From Centroscyllium fabricii (lineage: Eukaryota), in NCBI GenBank assembly GCA_051313645.2, contig JBNRSN020000001.1, positions 460,474,001 to 460,538,000 on the forward strand: a stretch of DNA of 64,000 nt, written 5' to 3'. The notes beneath the pieces are model-generated. The model did no database searches. It was given only the letters and a program-made list of their open reading frames with translations, and was not told where the DNA came from. Position 1 is the stretch's first letter; each line of letters starts with the position of its first letter. Positions 34,673-48,863 of this stretch are shown one piece after another. The translations under genes were made by a program, and so were the position numbers.

Positions 34673-36184
34673 GGCTGGAATTTTGCGGGGCATCAGCAGG
34701 TGCAATCGGTGGTGGGCTGGGTGGGAAACTGTTTCTTTCCCCAGCGGGTTGGGACCCTGCTGTGAACCCGTCGGCAAGTGCCTTTCCCGATGTCACGTTT
34801 GTCAGTGCTGAGCAGACCCGACACGCAGTGGCGGGGGACCCAATTCAGGTAATTAGTGGCTTGGTTAGAACCACTTAAGAATGATTTTCAGCTCACCTTT
34901 TGCATTTGACAGCTCGCCCACAGGGTCCAAGCTGGTCGTGGACCATGTCTGTTAAGCTGAGGTGGGAGTTCAGTGGCCATTGAATAAACTGATGAGTTGA
35001 CAGCTTCAAATGTTAAGTAAAAGCTTCCACCTTACAGAGATATCTTCCCTCAGCCACAAGCTCTTCCTCACTGCATTTCCACAACAGATTCAGGATGCTG
35101 CAAGTCTTTACACAAGTCTCCATCCAGTCTGACCTCATTACCTCTCTCACCATTGACAGATCACTTCTGTCATCTCTACTTCACCTGCCATCTATTCCAT
35201 CAGCATGGGAACCTTTACCTTTTATACTCTCTCACTTTGGTCCTCAGAATCCCACTACGATGAGCCCTAACACCAGCAGCACCAGACACACCAGCAGCAC
35301 TAACAACACTACCACCAACCTCACCATGGCCATGTTGGCACCACCCCACACCAACACCATAAAGCATCCCGATAATACCCAAGCCATTCCTTTCATACTC
35401 ATAACCATTGCGGGGGGGGGGGGGGGGGGGGGGCGCAGGTACTGTTATGTCTCACCATTCACTGCAACTCACTAAGCCACTTCCAAGGGTGCACACTAAC
35501 CTGTCCAAGAACGCAAAGTGTTTAAAATAAAGGTTTCAATGCTGGACACCACATTAACAGAAACTTTACATGAACATTACAGAAAACACCCAAGTGTTGT
35601 TAGTTGGTATGATTGCACTAGAATGAGTGTGTGTGTGATGGGTGGCTAGTGAGATGGGGGTGTAGATAGGGAGGGAAGGGTGGACGTCCAAGGTAAGTTG
35701 GTGTGAGTAAGGATGTGCAGGAGTAGGATAGGGAAGGCAGAGTGATGGGGATGTGATGAGAGGCACAGGAGGATGAAGGTGAATGTGACTTTGTGGTAGT
35801 GTTTCGTGATCCACTGAGATCAGTGGAACGTTTGCGGCACTGCACCCAGGTCCTCTTGACCATATCCCTGCTTGTGCCCTCCCCTGCAATGTGCAACCAG
35901 GCTGTTCTGGTCTTCTGAGGAGGTGTCTTCCACACATGGAAAGGGAAGAGGACTTCCCTGTGTGCTGTGACTCCCTCCATAAGCATGGTCCCTTTAAGGA
36001 AACCGGCTGACGATGCGTCATCAAATGATGTCCTCAGACCCACTTCTTCTAATTGGCTGGGAAACTCGTTGGGCTCCATCAAGGGAAATTAATTTCACAC
36101 AGCAGGATGGAGCTAGCAGTGGAGTTGGAACCCACCACCGACATTGCTCGCCACGTACCCACCAATGTTAGTAAAATCCCGGCC
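34673..36184. mobile_element. Harbinger derivative with a Myb/SANT-like ORF remnant on the minus strand
   Basis: Termini ggctggaatttt / aaaatcccggcc; ORF 35618..36082 MEGVTAHREVLFP..AWLHIA..RTWVQCRKR. Confidence 0.75.
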
Positions 36185-36323
36185 ACAGTCTTTGAAACGG
36201 GGGTTATTTTTTCCATTTCTGTTCAATTGTTCTTTCTGTGATGTCAATACCATCTTGGTTTCTTGCTATTGGGAAATAATCAAGCTCCTCCTATTGGCAA
36301 ACATCCTATGGTTGAAAGCCTAT

Positions 36324-36970
36324 GGGGGCTAAATTAGGTTGATTTGCACCTCCCGTTAGTGCCCTAAGAGGGCGCTAACGGAGCGCAAATCAACTAGCGC
36401 CTGTGTGCGGCGCCGCGAACGCCTCCCACAAATTCAGTGGGAGGTTAGCGGCATTAGCGCTGCCATCATCGCGCTGCGCAGTGCCCCGGCTGTAATATTG
36501 GGTAGCATCCCCGACTTACCGCCGGACGCTATGTCCGCCGGGGTCAGGGGGGCCTACCTGCGGCTGGGGCAGCAATAATTAAAAGGGTGCTGGGCGGCCA
36601 ATTTTGTTGCTGGCTGCCTGCCAGCACCTTCCCCCGTTGCTGTCCTCAGCCCCCGTGAAGCTCCCCGGGGGGTGCCAGCTGCTCTCCGTGAGCCCGGCAC
36701 TCCTCTTGAGTGCCGGGCTCGTTTGCCGGTACTCCCGATCCCTGGTGGCTCAGCTGGGCGCTGAGATGAGCTGCGCCAGGCCCCTCCTCTTTAATAAGGG
36801 AAGGAAGGCCAGCAGGACCATGGCACATAGCTCGTAGTACTGGCACGTTGGCTCGTAGCACCTCAAGAGGGACGCGGGGAGCTTCCAGTAGTGCCCCTCC
36901 TCCCTCTCGGGCCGCTACCTGGGAAAATCGGCTGCGGGAGCGGTAATTTTTTCGAGGTGCTAAAATTAGC
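36324..36970. mobile_element. GC-rich Harbinger-like non-autonomous element (right end uncertain)
   Basis: Starts gggggctaaatt; gcgctaa/ttagcgc motifs; similar to the 32155 element. Confidence 0.5.
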
Positions 36971-37394
36971 TGTCTGTTGGCGACATCTTTGAAAATCATG
37001 GGCTTTTTGATACATTTATGTCATTCCCAGTGGTTTCTTTGATGTATGCTGTTAAAAGATAGACTACACAATTAACTCTTGGGCTTGCTCTTGGAATGGA
37101 TTTGGCTTTGCTGGAGCTCTGGAGGATTATATACCTCTCCATTCCCCACCCGCCGCTCCCATCCCCTAGCTATTTGCCTTGTACGAAGCACTATTCTGGC
37201 TAACCTTGTCTTTTCCTCTTCCCATATTATTGATTCCCCTTTTTCCTCTAATTTTCATCCTCCTGCAGACATAATATTCACTTGCTTGCCTAAAATAATT
37301 TTTCCATCTTGGAAGATTGATCTTTCCGAACCCTGACCGTCATGTCTAAAACTGTCTTAATTTAAATTCTATGGCTGCGAAATTGGGAGATTTA

Positions 37395-38258
37395 GGGCTA
37401 GATTTTGTCAATGGGGAGTTTTTGGAGGCGGGACTCCCACTTGTTGGGTTTTAGTCCCGTTTCCATCGACTTGTGGCCAATCTACACTATTTTCCCTTGA
37501 TTGACCTTGTTAAGCCCGCCCAGCGAGTTCAGCAGGCCAATTAAGGGAAAGCCAGTTACAGGTGACGTCAGTAAGTGCCGTTTCATCTGTCAAGAGCTTT
37601 TGACAGATGAAATGTCATCGTTTGACAGCTCTGTGAAGCTGTCAAACACTGAATCTGCCTTCTAAGTTGAGTCTTTACTCAAGACTCAATTATAAAGCCT
37701 TCCTGACCAGAAAGCAGAAGGCTGCAGCTTTTGACTGCTCGCGGCCATTCTACTTTCTGTGCCGGTGAGCTGAGGGACTCCCGAGACCTGAAGGGAGGAA
37801 GCCTGCAGGAATGAAGGGAGGAAGCCTGCAGGAATATGTAAAGGTAAGTAAAGCTTATTAAAACACTTTACACACACCTCACACACTTACCTCTGCACAC
37901 ATGCACCCATTACTCACCTGCACACCGGATATCTCGGCCCCTCCGACTCCCGCAGACCAACGGCCCGCCTCGCTGACCCTGGGGAGGTTCGGAGCCATCA
38001 GGAAGCCCACACTTCAGGGCGCAAAATAGGAATCAGCTAAAAAACTGCCTGTTAACTATTTGTTAACAGTCAGTTAATTGGCATTAATCCTCTTCCTGCT
38101 TCGAGGAGACGGGACCCAGTGTGGGTCAGCTACCCGCCTCCTGGCAAGATGGTATGGAGGCGGGTTGGGGAGGGTTGCATACCCACCCCCAAATTCTGCC
38201 ATTTTCCCGGTAGTCCCGCCTCCAAACCCGACTCCCCAGGGCTGGCAAAATCAAGCCC
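37395..38258. mobile_element. PIF/Harbinger MITE
   Basis: TIR gggctagattttg / caaaatcaagccc with TTA on both sides. Confidence 0.85.
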
Positions 38259-38269
38259 TTAGTATCAGC

Positions 38270-40214
38270 CTTAAGGCCAGTTTTGCAGAAAAAATGACGA
38301 CCACCTCAATTCCACCCGGCTGCCATTTTGGACAGGTCAGTAGCGCTGCCGTTGCCTGTGCTTGCCGCCCACATTCAAATGATGCAGATCGTGACATAAA
38401 TCGGCATGCAATGCCGGAATTGACGCACAATATGCGATTTTTGATGTTGCCACTCTTGATACCGCCCTCTCCAAACCACGCACGGAAGAATGTGCGTGCA
38501 ACAGTATAACAGAGACTCTCAGGTAAGTTTTGATTTTTGCTTTTGAACTTTTTTTTTACATTTTATTTGCATAGTGGCTTGGTGCAATACATTAAAAAAG
38601 TTGTTAAAGTGTGTAGGGAGTGCTGCTGGACGCTTCCAAGGCTTTGGCTGTTAAAGGAAGGCCTCTGAAAAGACCACTTGCACCCAGTCCTGGGGGCTCT
38701 AGTTGCAGTCCCCCTTGGACTGCAGCATCACATGGAGATGCAGCAGAGGCAGCAATGCGGACAAGCTGCTCGCAGAGGGAGGAGGAAGCAGAAGAGGAGG
38801 AAGCAGAAGGAAGGAGGCAACTCAGACAGCCCCTTTCTAGCTGGGATATCGGATTTCAAATCATCCGCCTGCGGTACCAGTGACCACAACCCCAATGTCC
38901 CTTTCATCATTAGTTCCACACCTTACCTTCCCTCTGTTACTGACCATCACAGCGTCCTCATGGCCACAATGCTGAAATAAAAGCCACCACAAAGTAAACT
39001 TTCCAATTCCACTTAATCCATATATGCATCCAATATTATATCAAAAAATCAACTAATCAACCTTGTACATTCCCATAGTCAATATATTGCATGTGCCTTT
39101 GCCTATCCTACTGGTGTCACGCAGTGCTGCTCCAATGACTGCAGCATGGCTGGTGGAAGGCTGCTGACTTTCAGTGGGGGACACTGCAAATGGCTTTACT
39201 GGACAGCCTCGAGGAGCTGGTGGCTGGGACTGTGAAATCAAGTGACAGTGTTTCTTCTTTTTCTTCACTCTTCTCTCCCTCTTCTCAGTCAATCACTGGC
39301 TGGGCGGGCTGGATTTCTTGGGTGTCTGAAATAAGGAAGGCACAAGGGTAGGGTTATGGTGAGGGGAGGGGGGAAAGCAAGAGGTGGATGCTTACACCAT
39401 GTGCAAGTTGTACATCAGAAGAGATTGTGGGATGAGGGGAAAGTGGGATGTGAGAAGGTTCAGCCATGCCCTTGCTAAGAATGACCAGCACGGTCTCCTC
39501 CAAGGGGGTGAGGTGAAGCTCTGAATGTAAGGTGTGCTTACTGTTTGGTAGAGATTGGTAGGTGGGGGGATGGGGGGGGGGTTGTGCATTGAGCAGTGTG
39601 TGAGGCTAGTGGTGCAGTTGGTAGGAGACAGCATTTGAAGATGCATCCACCGATCTTGACCACTCGTCTGAGGTCATGAAATTTCTTTGGGCACTGGAGC
39701 CAGGTCCTGGGGGCGACACTGCTGGCAGTGACCGCTTCGGCGATCTGGTTCCACATCCTTCTCTCTGGAGTGACTCCTGGCCCCATGGGTAGAGGACCTC
39801 TCTTCCAGGGTTCACCCCCTGCACAAAGCTGGAGTGCTGCATCTGAGACGTTGGGTGCCCTTTCCCTGACCTGTTGAGGCATTTGTGTTTGTGCTGAAGC
39901 ACTTTTACCATGTTTTATGTGCAGAAGGCAGTTCAGCTTTCAGAGCTGCATACTGCCTAGTGCTGAAGGATTTTTTTTTGCAGAAGGCAGTTCAGCTTTA
40001 AGTACAGGCAGCCTTGTTCCAGTGACGTGAACTTCGGGCCCCTGCTGAGCGCACAGCCTGTCAAGTATGTTCATCGCTAGGCTGTGCACTCCTAACATGG
40101 TAATTAGCAGGCAGCACCAAATTGACATATTGCCTGCACTTTCTGAACGGGCGCGGGCATATCTCACATCACAGTGTCCACGCCCGTTTTCGGGCTTTAT
40201 CGAATTTCACCCCC
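38270..40214. mobile_element. Harbinger derivative with a Myb/SANT-like ORF remnant (39538-39882, minus)
   Basis: RERAPNVSDAAL..WNQIAEAV...RTWLQCPKKFHDL; right terminus gaatttcaccccc; left end uncertain. Confidence 0.7.
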
Positions 40215-40751
40215 TATGACTTGCTGTCCTGATCCCAACCCCTCCGGCCAACATTAGGCCTAAATACATTTCTTAATAGTTTTCGCTGCATTAAAAATGT
40301 CATCACAACACTGAATCTTCAGTGGATAGAGACCACTGGAATGCAAAAGGCCAGAAGAGTGTGAAGTTTAGCTTCTGCGGGAGTTCAGCTTTGAGATGCA
40401 ATTGGCCTCAAATTTAACATAAGGGTTAAAATTACTGTTAATCAGGCAGGAGGCCTTCACCGTGAACTGAAGGAAGGTCCCTGGGCAGTCAGGTAAGTGG
40501 TTAGGAGGGAGGTCAGGAGGGCCTCAGGATCCTGCACCTCTGGGCTGACAAGATAAAAATATTTTTTACATTTACATTTTTGGGCCCTATCTGGCACCGG
40601 TTCTGCTGGCCATCAGACTGGCCTGGAAGAGAAGCCAGAACCTTTAGCTTAGAGACTAGTGAGCTATCAACTGAGCTAAGTTAACATGTGTTAAATTAGT
40701 TATTATTGTAATATTGTTATTCAGCCATAGACAGTGTGGTAATGGCTTCTT

Positions 40752-41452
40752 GGGCTAGAAATTGGCCTCATTAGTGCCTTCCGTTATCACTTCCGGGGGG
40801 CGATAATGGGGCACCTACGACTTACCGTCCAGGCGCAGTGAGACGAATGACTCCCACTAACTCGGCCGGGAGGTTTGCGGCAGCGGTAACACTCTGCGCC
40901 ACGATCTCCTGCGCCCGGAGATTGTGCCATCACTGCCGTGTACATCGCCCCGGACCCGAACTTCGGTAGCATCGCTGGGCAAAAACACCAACAGCTGCAG
41001 GAGTTGTTGTTCGGGAGGCGGGGTGCCTTGGGGGCAGAAGTTAAAGGGGAGGTTGCCGAGGTAAATATGAAAATTTCTTAAATAGTTTTTCTCAATTTTT
41101 TTCAATTCTCCTGGAATGCGATCGATCCGGCCAGTTCAGCCCCATGCACTCTGGATCGCGGCTGCCGTCAGGGACCATCTAACTGGTCCTAATGCAGAGT
41201 CTGCAGCGATGAGCCTTCCCTTTAAGGGAGGGAAGGAGCCTCGGAACGCAGCAGTGCTGCACTTCTATCGCCCCGCCTGCGTCCTTTAGCGCTCCAGGAA
41301 GGAAGGGGAGCGCTTGATTTAGCGCTCCAATTCCTTCATGTAATGCAAACACTGAATATAGGAAAAGCTGGGTAATCATTAGTGCTTGCCGCTAAGTTTC
41401 TCAACTTTCAAAAGTTACCGCCCCCAAATGAGACGATACCGAATTTCTAGCC
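40752..41452. mobile_element. Harbinger-like MITE
   Basis: TIR ggctagaaatt / aatttctagcc. Confidence 0.75.
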
Positions 41453-41729
41453 AATTATTTTTATTTTTCCTTCTAGTATTTTATTTTTTTCCTTTGCACA
41501 TCACAGCTATTGCAATGTAACTCAAAAGTTCCAAAAATAATGGCCGGCATTTTCCGGGGTTCAGCAGGCGGGATAGGTGGCGGGTGGGAAATAGGTTGGG
41601 TGGGAAATGTGATTGTTTTGACAATGGGCTGGCACCTCTGTGCAGTGATTGTCTGTGTTCGCAGCACCTCAGTGCTGTAGAACACAGACAGCACAAATGT
41701 CAAAAGAAAGTTGGCCATGGTCTCTTTAA

Positions 41730-42120
41730 GGAAACGGTGGCTAAGTGGTTAGCACTGTTGCCTCACAGCACTGGAGACCCAGGTTCAAATCCAGCCTCGG
41801 GTACTATCTGTGTGGAGTTTGCACATTCTCCCCGTGCCTGTGTGGGTTTCCTCCAGGTGCTCCGGTTTCCTCCCACAGTCCAAAGATGTGCGGGTTAGGT
41901 TGATTGGCCATGATAAATTGACACTTAGTGTTAGGGCGATTGAATATGTGAGGTTACGGGGATAGGGTGCGGGCTCGATTGGGATCGAGGGATAAAGGGT
42001 GGGGGCAGGGGCGGGGTACTGGGTTTGGATAATCGGCCATGATCTCATTGAATGGCGGAGCAGGCTCGAAGGGCCGAATGGCCTACTCCTGCTCCTATCT
42101 TCAATGTTTCTATGTTTCTA
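41730..42120 (+). mobile_element. V-SINE (HE1-like), second copy, inside another TIR element (~41542-42305)
   Basis: Close match to 28919-29309; (ttctatgt) tail. Confidence 0.9.
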
Positions 42121-43032
42121 AACCAGCTGATGATGCGCTATGAATGACATCACCAGGCCTGCTTCCTCTAATTAGACCGGGAAACGCACTGGGCAGGCTT
42201 AACAAGCCCCAGCAACGTAAATTCATTTTCCAGAGCGAAATGGAGCCAGCAGCGGGGCCGCGACCCACCACCGACATCACTCACCGAGGTGAGGAAAATC
42301 CAGCTCAAAAAATAATATACAGCTGGGGATTCTGGCGCAGTCTGACTTATGAGTGTCAAAAGATGGTTCCCCTACTTAACAGATGTATATAATGATGAAT
42401 AGAGACCAAATTTCAATTGAGAAATGTTTTCATTGTCTCCCTCATTCTAGGACACATCTGTAATCCACTGATTTTCTTTTAACTGAAGGGGAAAGCAGAT
42501 TTGGGTATTGGCTTCTCAGAGATTGTTACCAGTGATACTCCCTGATGTGCTGATAGGAACATATATAATGGGGTGCAAAGGACTTCGGTCCCAACACTGA
42601 GAGTTAGGGCTAGATTATCCTCTGCTATAGTGCCACACTCCCACCCATACCGGTGCCAATTTAAATATTCCTTCCTTACCTGGTGCAAGGAAGTTCATCT
42701 GCTTCCCCTTGACCACTTTGCCACATGTAAATGACAGCGGGAAAGTGAAGCCAGGGCACCCATCTGATTTCCCTATCACCAACACCAGAGATGTCAGGAA
42801 AGGGGTGGTGACAGTCCTTGGGGCAATGGATGATGGTCCATTGAAGCTCCTTTTGGAGCGAGATCACCCAATACTGAGCACTTCTCTCTCTTCTCAGACC
42901 TCCAAACACTAACCATCTTTAGGCCTCGACTCAGTCTGAGTCTAAACTAATCGGAAACATCAGATCTTCAGGGCATTTCTTCCCTCCCCGCCCGACCTTA
43001 AATGTGGCTCCTTTTCTTCTGGTGCTGTAGCA

Positions 43033-45960
43033 GGTATCCTGACCTTCAGGAGGAACAGGCAGGAAGGAAAGGGAGGTGGGGTGGCAATGTTAATAAGGCA
43101 AGGAATCACTACAATCCGGTGAAATGATATTGGCTCAAAGGATCAGGATAGTGAAACAGTTTGGGTGGAAATAAGAAATAATAAAGGGAAAAAAACACTA
43201 TTGGGCGTAGTCTATAGGCCTCCTAACAGTTGTAACTCAGTTGGTCGGAGTATAAATCAGGAAATAGTTGGGGCTTGTAATAAGGGAACAGCTATAATTA
43301 TGGGGGATTTTAACTTTCATATTGACTGGACTAATCAAGTTGGAGAGGGCAGCCTTGAGGAAGAGTTCATTGAGTGTATTAGGGATGGGTTCCTTGAACA
43401 GTATGTAACTGAGCCAACCAGGGGGCAAGCAATCTTAGATCTGGTCCTGTGTAATGAGACAGGATTAATAAAAAATGTCCCAGTAAAGGATCCCCTTGGA
43501 ATGAGTGACCATAACATGGTCGAATTACAAATTCAATTAGAGGGTGAGAGGGTTGGATCTCAAACAAGCGTACTGAGCTTAAATAAAGGAGACTATGATG
43601 GTATGAGAGCGGAATTGATTAAAGTGGACTGGGAAAACAGATTAAAGGGTAAGACGGTACATGATCAGTGGCGTGTATTCAAGGAGTTATTTTACAACTT
43701 TCAAGAAAAATATATTCCACTGAGGAAAAAAGGGTGTAAAAGAAAAAACAGCTATCCGTGGCTAAGTAAAGTAATAAAGGAGTATCCGACTAAAAACAAG
43801 GTTATATAAGGTAGCCAAATCTAGTGGGAAGATAGAAGATCGGGAAGCTTTTAAAAGTCAGCAAAAAATAACAAAAAGATTGATTAAGAAAGGGAAGATA
43901 GATTATGAAAGTAAATTAGCAAAAAATATAAAAACAGACAGCAAGAGTTTCTATAGTTACATAAAAAGAAAAAGGGTGGCTAAAGTAAATGTTGGTCCCT
44001 TAGAGGATGAGACTGGGAAATTAATGGTAGGAAACATGGAGATGGCAAAAACGCTGAACAAATATTTTGTATCAGTCTTTACAGTAGAGGACACTCAAAA
44101 TATCCCAACACTGGATAAACAGGGGGCTCTGGGGGGAGGAGCTAATTACAATTAAAGTCACCAAGGAAGTGGTACTCGGTAAAATAATGGGACTTAAAGC
44201 GGATAAATCCCCTGGACCTGATGGCTTACATCCTAGGGTCTTGAGGGAAGTGGCGGTAGGGATTGTGGATGCATTGGTAATAATTTTTCAAAACTCTCTG
44301 GACTCGGCAAAGGTCCCGGCAGATTGGAAAACTGCTAACGTAACGCCTTTATTTAAAAAGGGAGACAGACAGAAGGCTGGAAATTATAGACCAGTTAGCC
44401 TAACATCTGTGGTTGGCAAAATGTAAGAGTCCATTATTAAGGAAACAGTAACAGGGCATTTGGATAAACATAATTTAATAGGACAAAGTCAGCATGGTTT
44501 TACAAAGGGGAAGTCGTGTTTGACAAATTTGCTTGAGTTCTTTGAGGACATAACATATAGGGTGGATAAAGGTGAACCAGTGGATGTAGTGTATTTAGAC
44601 TTCCAAAAGACAATTGACAAGGTGCCACACAAAAGATTATTGCTCAAGATAAAAAATCACGGGATTGGGGGTAATATTCTGGCATGGGTGGAGGGTTGGC
44701 TTTCTAACAGAAAACAGAGAGTTGGGATAAATGGTTCATTCTCAGACTGGCAATCAGTGACTAGTGGTGTTCCGCAGGGGTCAGTGCTGGGACCCCAACT
44801 CTTTACAATCTATATTAATGATTTGGAGGAAGGGACCAAGTGCAACATATCAAAGTTTGCGGATGACACAAAGATGGGAGGGAGTGTGATGAGTGAGGAT
44901 GACATTAAAAACCTGCAAAAGGACATAGATAGGCTAAGTGAGTGGGTAAAGATTTGGCAGATGGACTATAATACTGGAAAGTGTGAAGTTATGCACTTTG
45001 GCAGGAAAAATAATAGAACGAGGTATTATCTAAATGGAAAGAAACTGGAAAGTACTTCAGTGCAAAGGGATCTGGGGGTCCTGGTGCAGGAAACACAAAA
45101 TGTTAGTATGCCGGTGCAGCAGGTGGTCAGGAAGGCCAACAGAATGTTGGTATTTATTGCTAAAGGGCTGGAGTATAAAAGCAGGGAGGTCTTGCTGCAG
45201 TTGTACAGGGTATTGGTGAGACCACACCTGGAGTACTGCGTGCAGTTCTGGTATCCATATTTAAGAAAGGACATACTTGCTCTCGAGGCAGTGCAAAGAA
45301 GGTTCAATAGGTTAATTCCGGGGATGAGGGGGCTGACATGACGAGAGGTTGAGTAGATTGGGCCTCTACTCTTTGGAGTTCAGAAGAATGAGAGGCGATC
45401 TTATTGAAACATATAAGATTGTGAGAGGGCTTGATCAGGTGGATGTGGTGAGGATGTTCCCAATGGTGGGTGAATCTAGGACTAGGGGGCATAATCTTAA
45501 AATAAGGGGCTGCCATTTCAAAACTGAGATGATGAAAAACTTCTTCACTCAGAGGGTGGTGGGGCTGTGGAATTTGTTGCCCCAGAGCGCTGTGGAAGCT
45601 ACTACATTGAATAAATTTTAAACAGTTTCCTGGAAGTAAAGGGAATTAGGGGTTATGGCGAGCGGGCAGGTAAGTGGACGTGAGGCTAGGTTCAGATCGG
45701 CCATGTGATCTCCTGGACCAGTTTTCGATTGCCTAGATGGGTCGGAGAGGAATTTCCCAGATTTTTTCTCCCAAATTGGCCACTGGGTTTTTTATTTGGT
45801 TTTTCGCCTCTCCCGGGTGCTCACATGGGTTTGAGCAGGATGGAGAGTAAAAATAAAATTGAGGTTAGGATCAGATCAGCCATGATCTTGTTGAATGGTG
45901 GAGCAGGCTCGAGGGGCCGATTGGCCTACTCCTGCTCCTATTTCTTATGTTCTTATGTTC
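43033..45960 (+). mobile_element. CR1 LINE, near-complete ORF2 (APE + RT) with stops/frameshifts and 3' UTR
   Basis: GVVYRPP, IMGDFN, SDHN, SPGPDGLHP, NYRPVSLTS, GVPQGSVLGP, FADD; (ttcttatg)n tail. Confidence 0.95.
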
Positions 45961-46879
45961 TTCCTCGGACCAACCCACCCGGAGGAAAATTCAGGCATTA
46001 ATGTAATTTTATTGAAGTGGACACAAATACTAATAAAAGATATCCTAATTGTGCCAGATGAATTTGAGTGATGGAAAAGTTTAGTAGGAGTGTCAAAGAC
46101 TGGGCTATCAGATTAAAGAAAATGATTCAGTTGGTATTGGCAGGATAAGGTTCGAGGTTCGACCATAAGAAACTATGAAATAATAAAAGGGTAACTGGCC
46201 TATAAAATACCCCTTAAAATGGACCTTGTCCAACTCTTGCAAATGCATTTAAACTCCAATCAACTCCTTATCACAGGCAACACTTCCATCAAGGGAGGAC
46301 CCCATCAAATTTGTTATGACCCCAAAGACAACCATGTAAAAGCTCTAGGATATCAGATATAATTATTCAAGTCTGACCTGGTGTATTCCAAATGTGGCAT
46401 TGACATGGCAGATGGAGACCTATTACATCTGCCCACTTGTGTTACACCAGAATGTCCTGAGATATCCCCAGCATGCATAACTGGGCCTGTGCTTGAAGTT
46501 GGTGCAGGCCCAACACTGGTAGATGCAGGTTGAAGAATTCACAGGCAAATGTAACGGCGAAAAATTGGCACCTCAGTGCCGGCTGATTAGTGCCGGAAAA
46601 TGGGTGCACGAGGGTTTTGCGCTGAGCGCAAAAAATTTAGCGCCGGGCGCTAAATTCGCCACCCAACCAGCTGTTGGCGCACACTAATTTGCGATCGGCA
46701 ATCGTCGTGCATATCTGGGTGCAACGCCCGCCCGCCGGGTTGTGCCCGAAATTCGCCTTTGCGCCAGTCACCCCGGCGCAGCGCTGCCAGCGCCAGCTTT
46801 GGCAAGCGCTGCTGAGGGTCTGAGTGGCCGCTGCACCACTGCTAAAAGGGCGACCCTCCCTTTCCCCTGTAGCCTCTTC

Positions 46880-47290
46880 GGCCAGAGATCGGCCACATGC
46901 TGAGGGAGGGGGGTCAGCCCGAGATTGGTCAGATGCTGAGGGAGGGGGGACAGCCCGATATCGGTCAGATGCTGCGGGAGGGGGGTCAGCCCGAGATCGG
47001 GCAGAGGCTGAGGGGGGTCGGGCGAGATCGGGCAGATGCTGAGGGGGGTCGGGCGAGATTGGGCAGATGCTGAGGGGGGGTCGGGCGAGATTGGGCAGAT
47101 GCTGAGGGGGGGTCGGGCGAGATTGGGCAGATGCTGAGGGGAAGTCGGGCGAGATGATGAGGGGGGTCGGGCGAGATCGGGCAGATGCTGAAGGGTGGTC
47201 GGGCGAGATCGGGGAGATGATGACGGGGGTCGGGCGAGATGATGAGCAGCGTTGGCAGAGATTGGGGAGATGATGAGGGAGGGGTGCTGA
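46880..47290. repeat. ~30-bp minisatellite gggggtcgggcgagat(c/t)gggcagatgctga
   Basis: About a dozen imperfect tandem units; related reverse-complement units at 58375-58650. Confidence 0.9.
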
Positions 47291-47296
47291 CATCAT

Positions 47297-48863
47297 TTTT
47301 TTTTTAATCCATTGATGCGACGTGGGCATTGCTGGCTGGCTAGGCCTGCATTTAGTGCCCATCCCTAATTGCCCTTGAGAAGATGGTGGTGAGTCGCCTT
47401 CTTGAACCGCTGCAGTCCATATGGTGTAGGTACACCCACAATGTTGTTAGGAAGGGAGTTCCAGGATTTTGGCCCAGCAACAGTGAAGGAGCGGCGATAC
47501 AGGTCCAAGTCAGGATGGTGTGTGGCTTGGAGGGGAACTTGTAGGTGGTGATGTTCCCATGCGTCTGCTGCCCTTGTCCTTCTAAGTGGTAGAGGTTGCG
47601 GGTTTGGAAGGTGCTGTTGAAGGAGTTTGGCGAGTTGCTGCAGTGCATCTTGTAGATGGTACACATTGCAGCCACTGTGCGCCGGTGGTGGAGGGAGTGA
47701 ATGTTGAAGGTGGTGGATGGAGTGCCAATCAAGCGGTCTGCTTTATCCTGAATGGTGTCGAGCTTCTTGAGTGTTGTTGGAGCTGCACTCATCCAGGCAA
47801 GTGGAGAGTATTCCATCATACTCCTGACTTGTGCCTTGTAGATGGTGGAAAGGCTTTGGGGAGTCAGGAGGTGAGACACTCGCCACAGAATTCCCAGCCT
47901 CTGGCCTGCTCTTGTAGCCACAGTATTTATATGGCTGGTCCAATTCAGTTTCTGATCAATGGTAACCCCCAGGATGTTGATAGTGGGGGATTCAGCGATG
48001 ATAATGCCATTCAATGTCAAGGGGAGATGGTTAGAATCTTGCTTGTTGGAGATGGTCATTGCCTGGCACTTGTGTGGTGCGAATGTTACTTGCCACTTGT
48101 CAGCCCAAGTCTGAATGTTGTCCAGGTCTTGCTGCATATGGACATGGACTGCGTCAGTATCTGACGAGTCTCGAATGGTGCTGTGCCATGTGCAATCATC
48201 AGCGAACATCCCCACTTCTGACCTTATGATGGAGGGAAGGTCATTGATGAAACATCTGAAGATGGTTGGGCCTAGGACACTGCCCTGAGGAACTCCTGCA
48301 GTGATGTCCTGTGGTTGAGATGAATGACCTCCAACAACCACAGCCAACTTCCTTTGTGCTAGGTATGATTCCAACCAATGGAGAGTTTTCCCCTTGATTC
48401 CCATTGACTTCAGCTTTGCTCAGGTTCCTTGATGCAACACTCGATCAAATGCTGCCTTGATGTCAAGGGCAGTCACTCTCACCTCACCTCTTGAGTTCAG
48501 CTCTTTTGTCCATGTTTGGACCAAGGCTGTAATGAGGTCAGGAGCTGAGTGGCCCTGGCGGAACCCAAACTGGGCATCAGTTAGCAGGTTATTGCTGAGT
48601 AAGTGCCGCTTGATAGCACTGTCGACGACACCTTCCATCACTTTTCTGATGATTGCAAGTAGACTGATGGGACGGTAATTGGCCAGGTCAGATTTGTCCT
48701 GCTTTTTGTAGACAGGACATACTTGGGCAATTTTCCACATTGCCGGGTAGATGCCAGTGTTGTAGCTGTACTGGAACAGCTTGGCTAGGGGCGCAGCTAG
48801 TTCTGGAGCACAAGTCTTCAGTACTATTGCCAGAATGTTGTCAGGGCCCATAGCCTTTGCAGT
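47297..48863 (-). mobile_element. 5'-truncated CR1-group LINE (RT) with a short poly(A) tail
   Basis: KAMGPDNI, NYRPISLL, LDIKAAFDRV, GVPQGSVLGP, FADD; flanking ATCAT duplication (47292-47296/48864-48868). Confidence 0.93.

Noticed and set aside
46637-47362. 241-aa Pro/Ser/Ala-rich ORF
   Set aside because: Translation of the MITE minisatellite plus the LINE tail.
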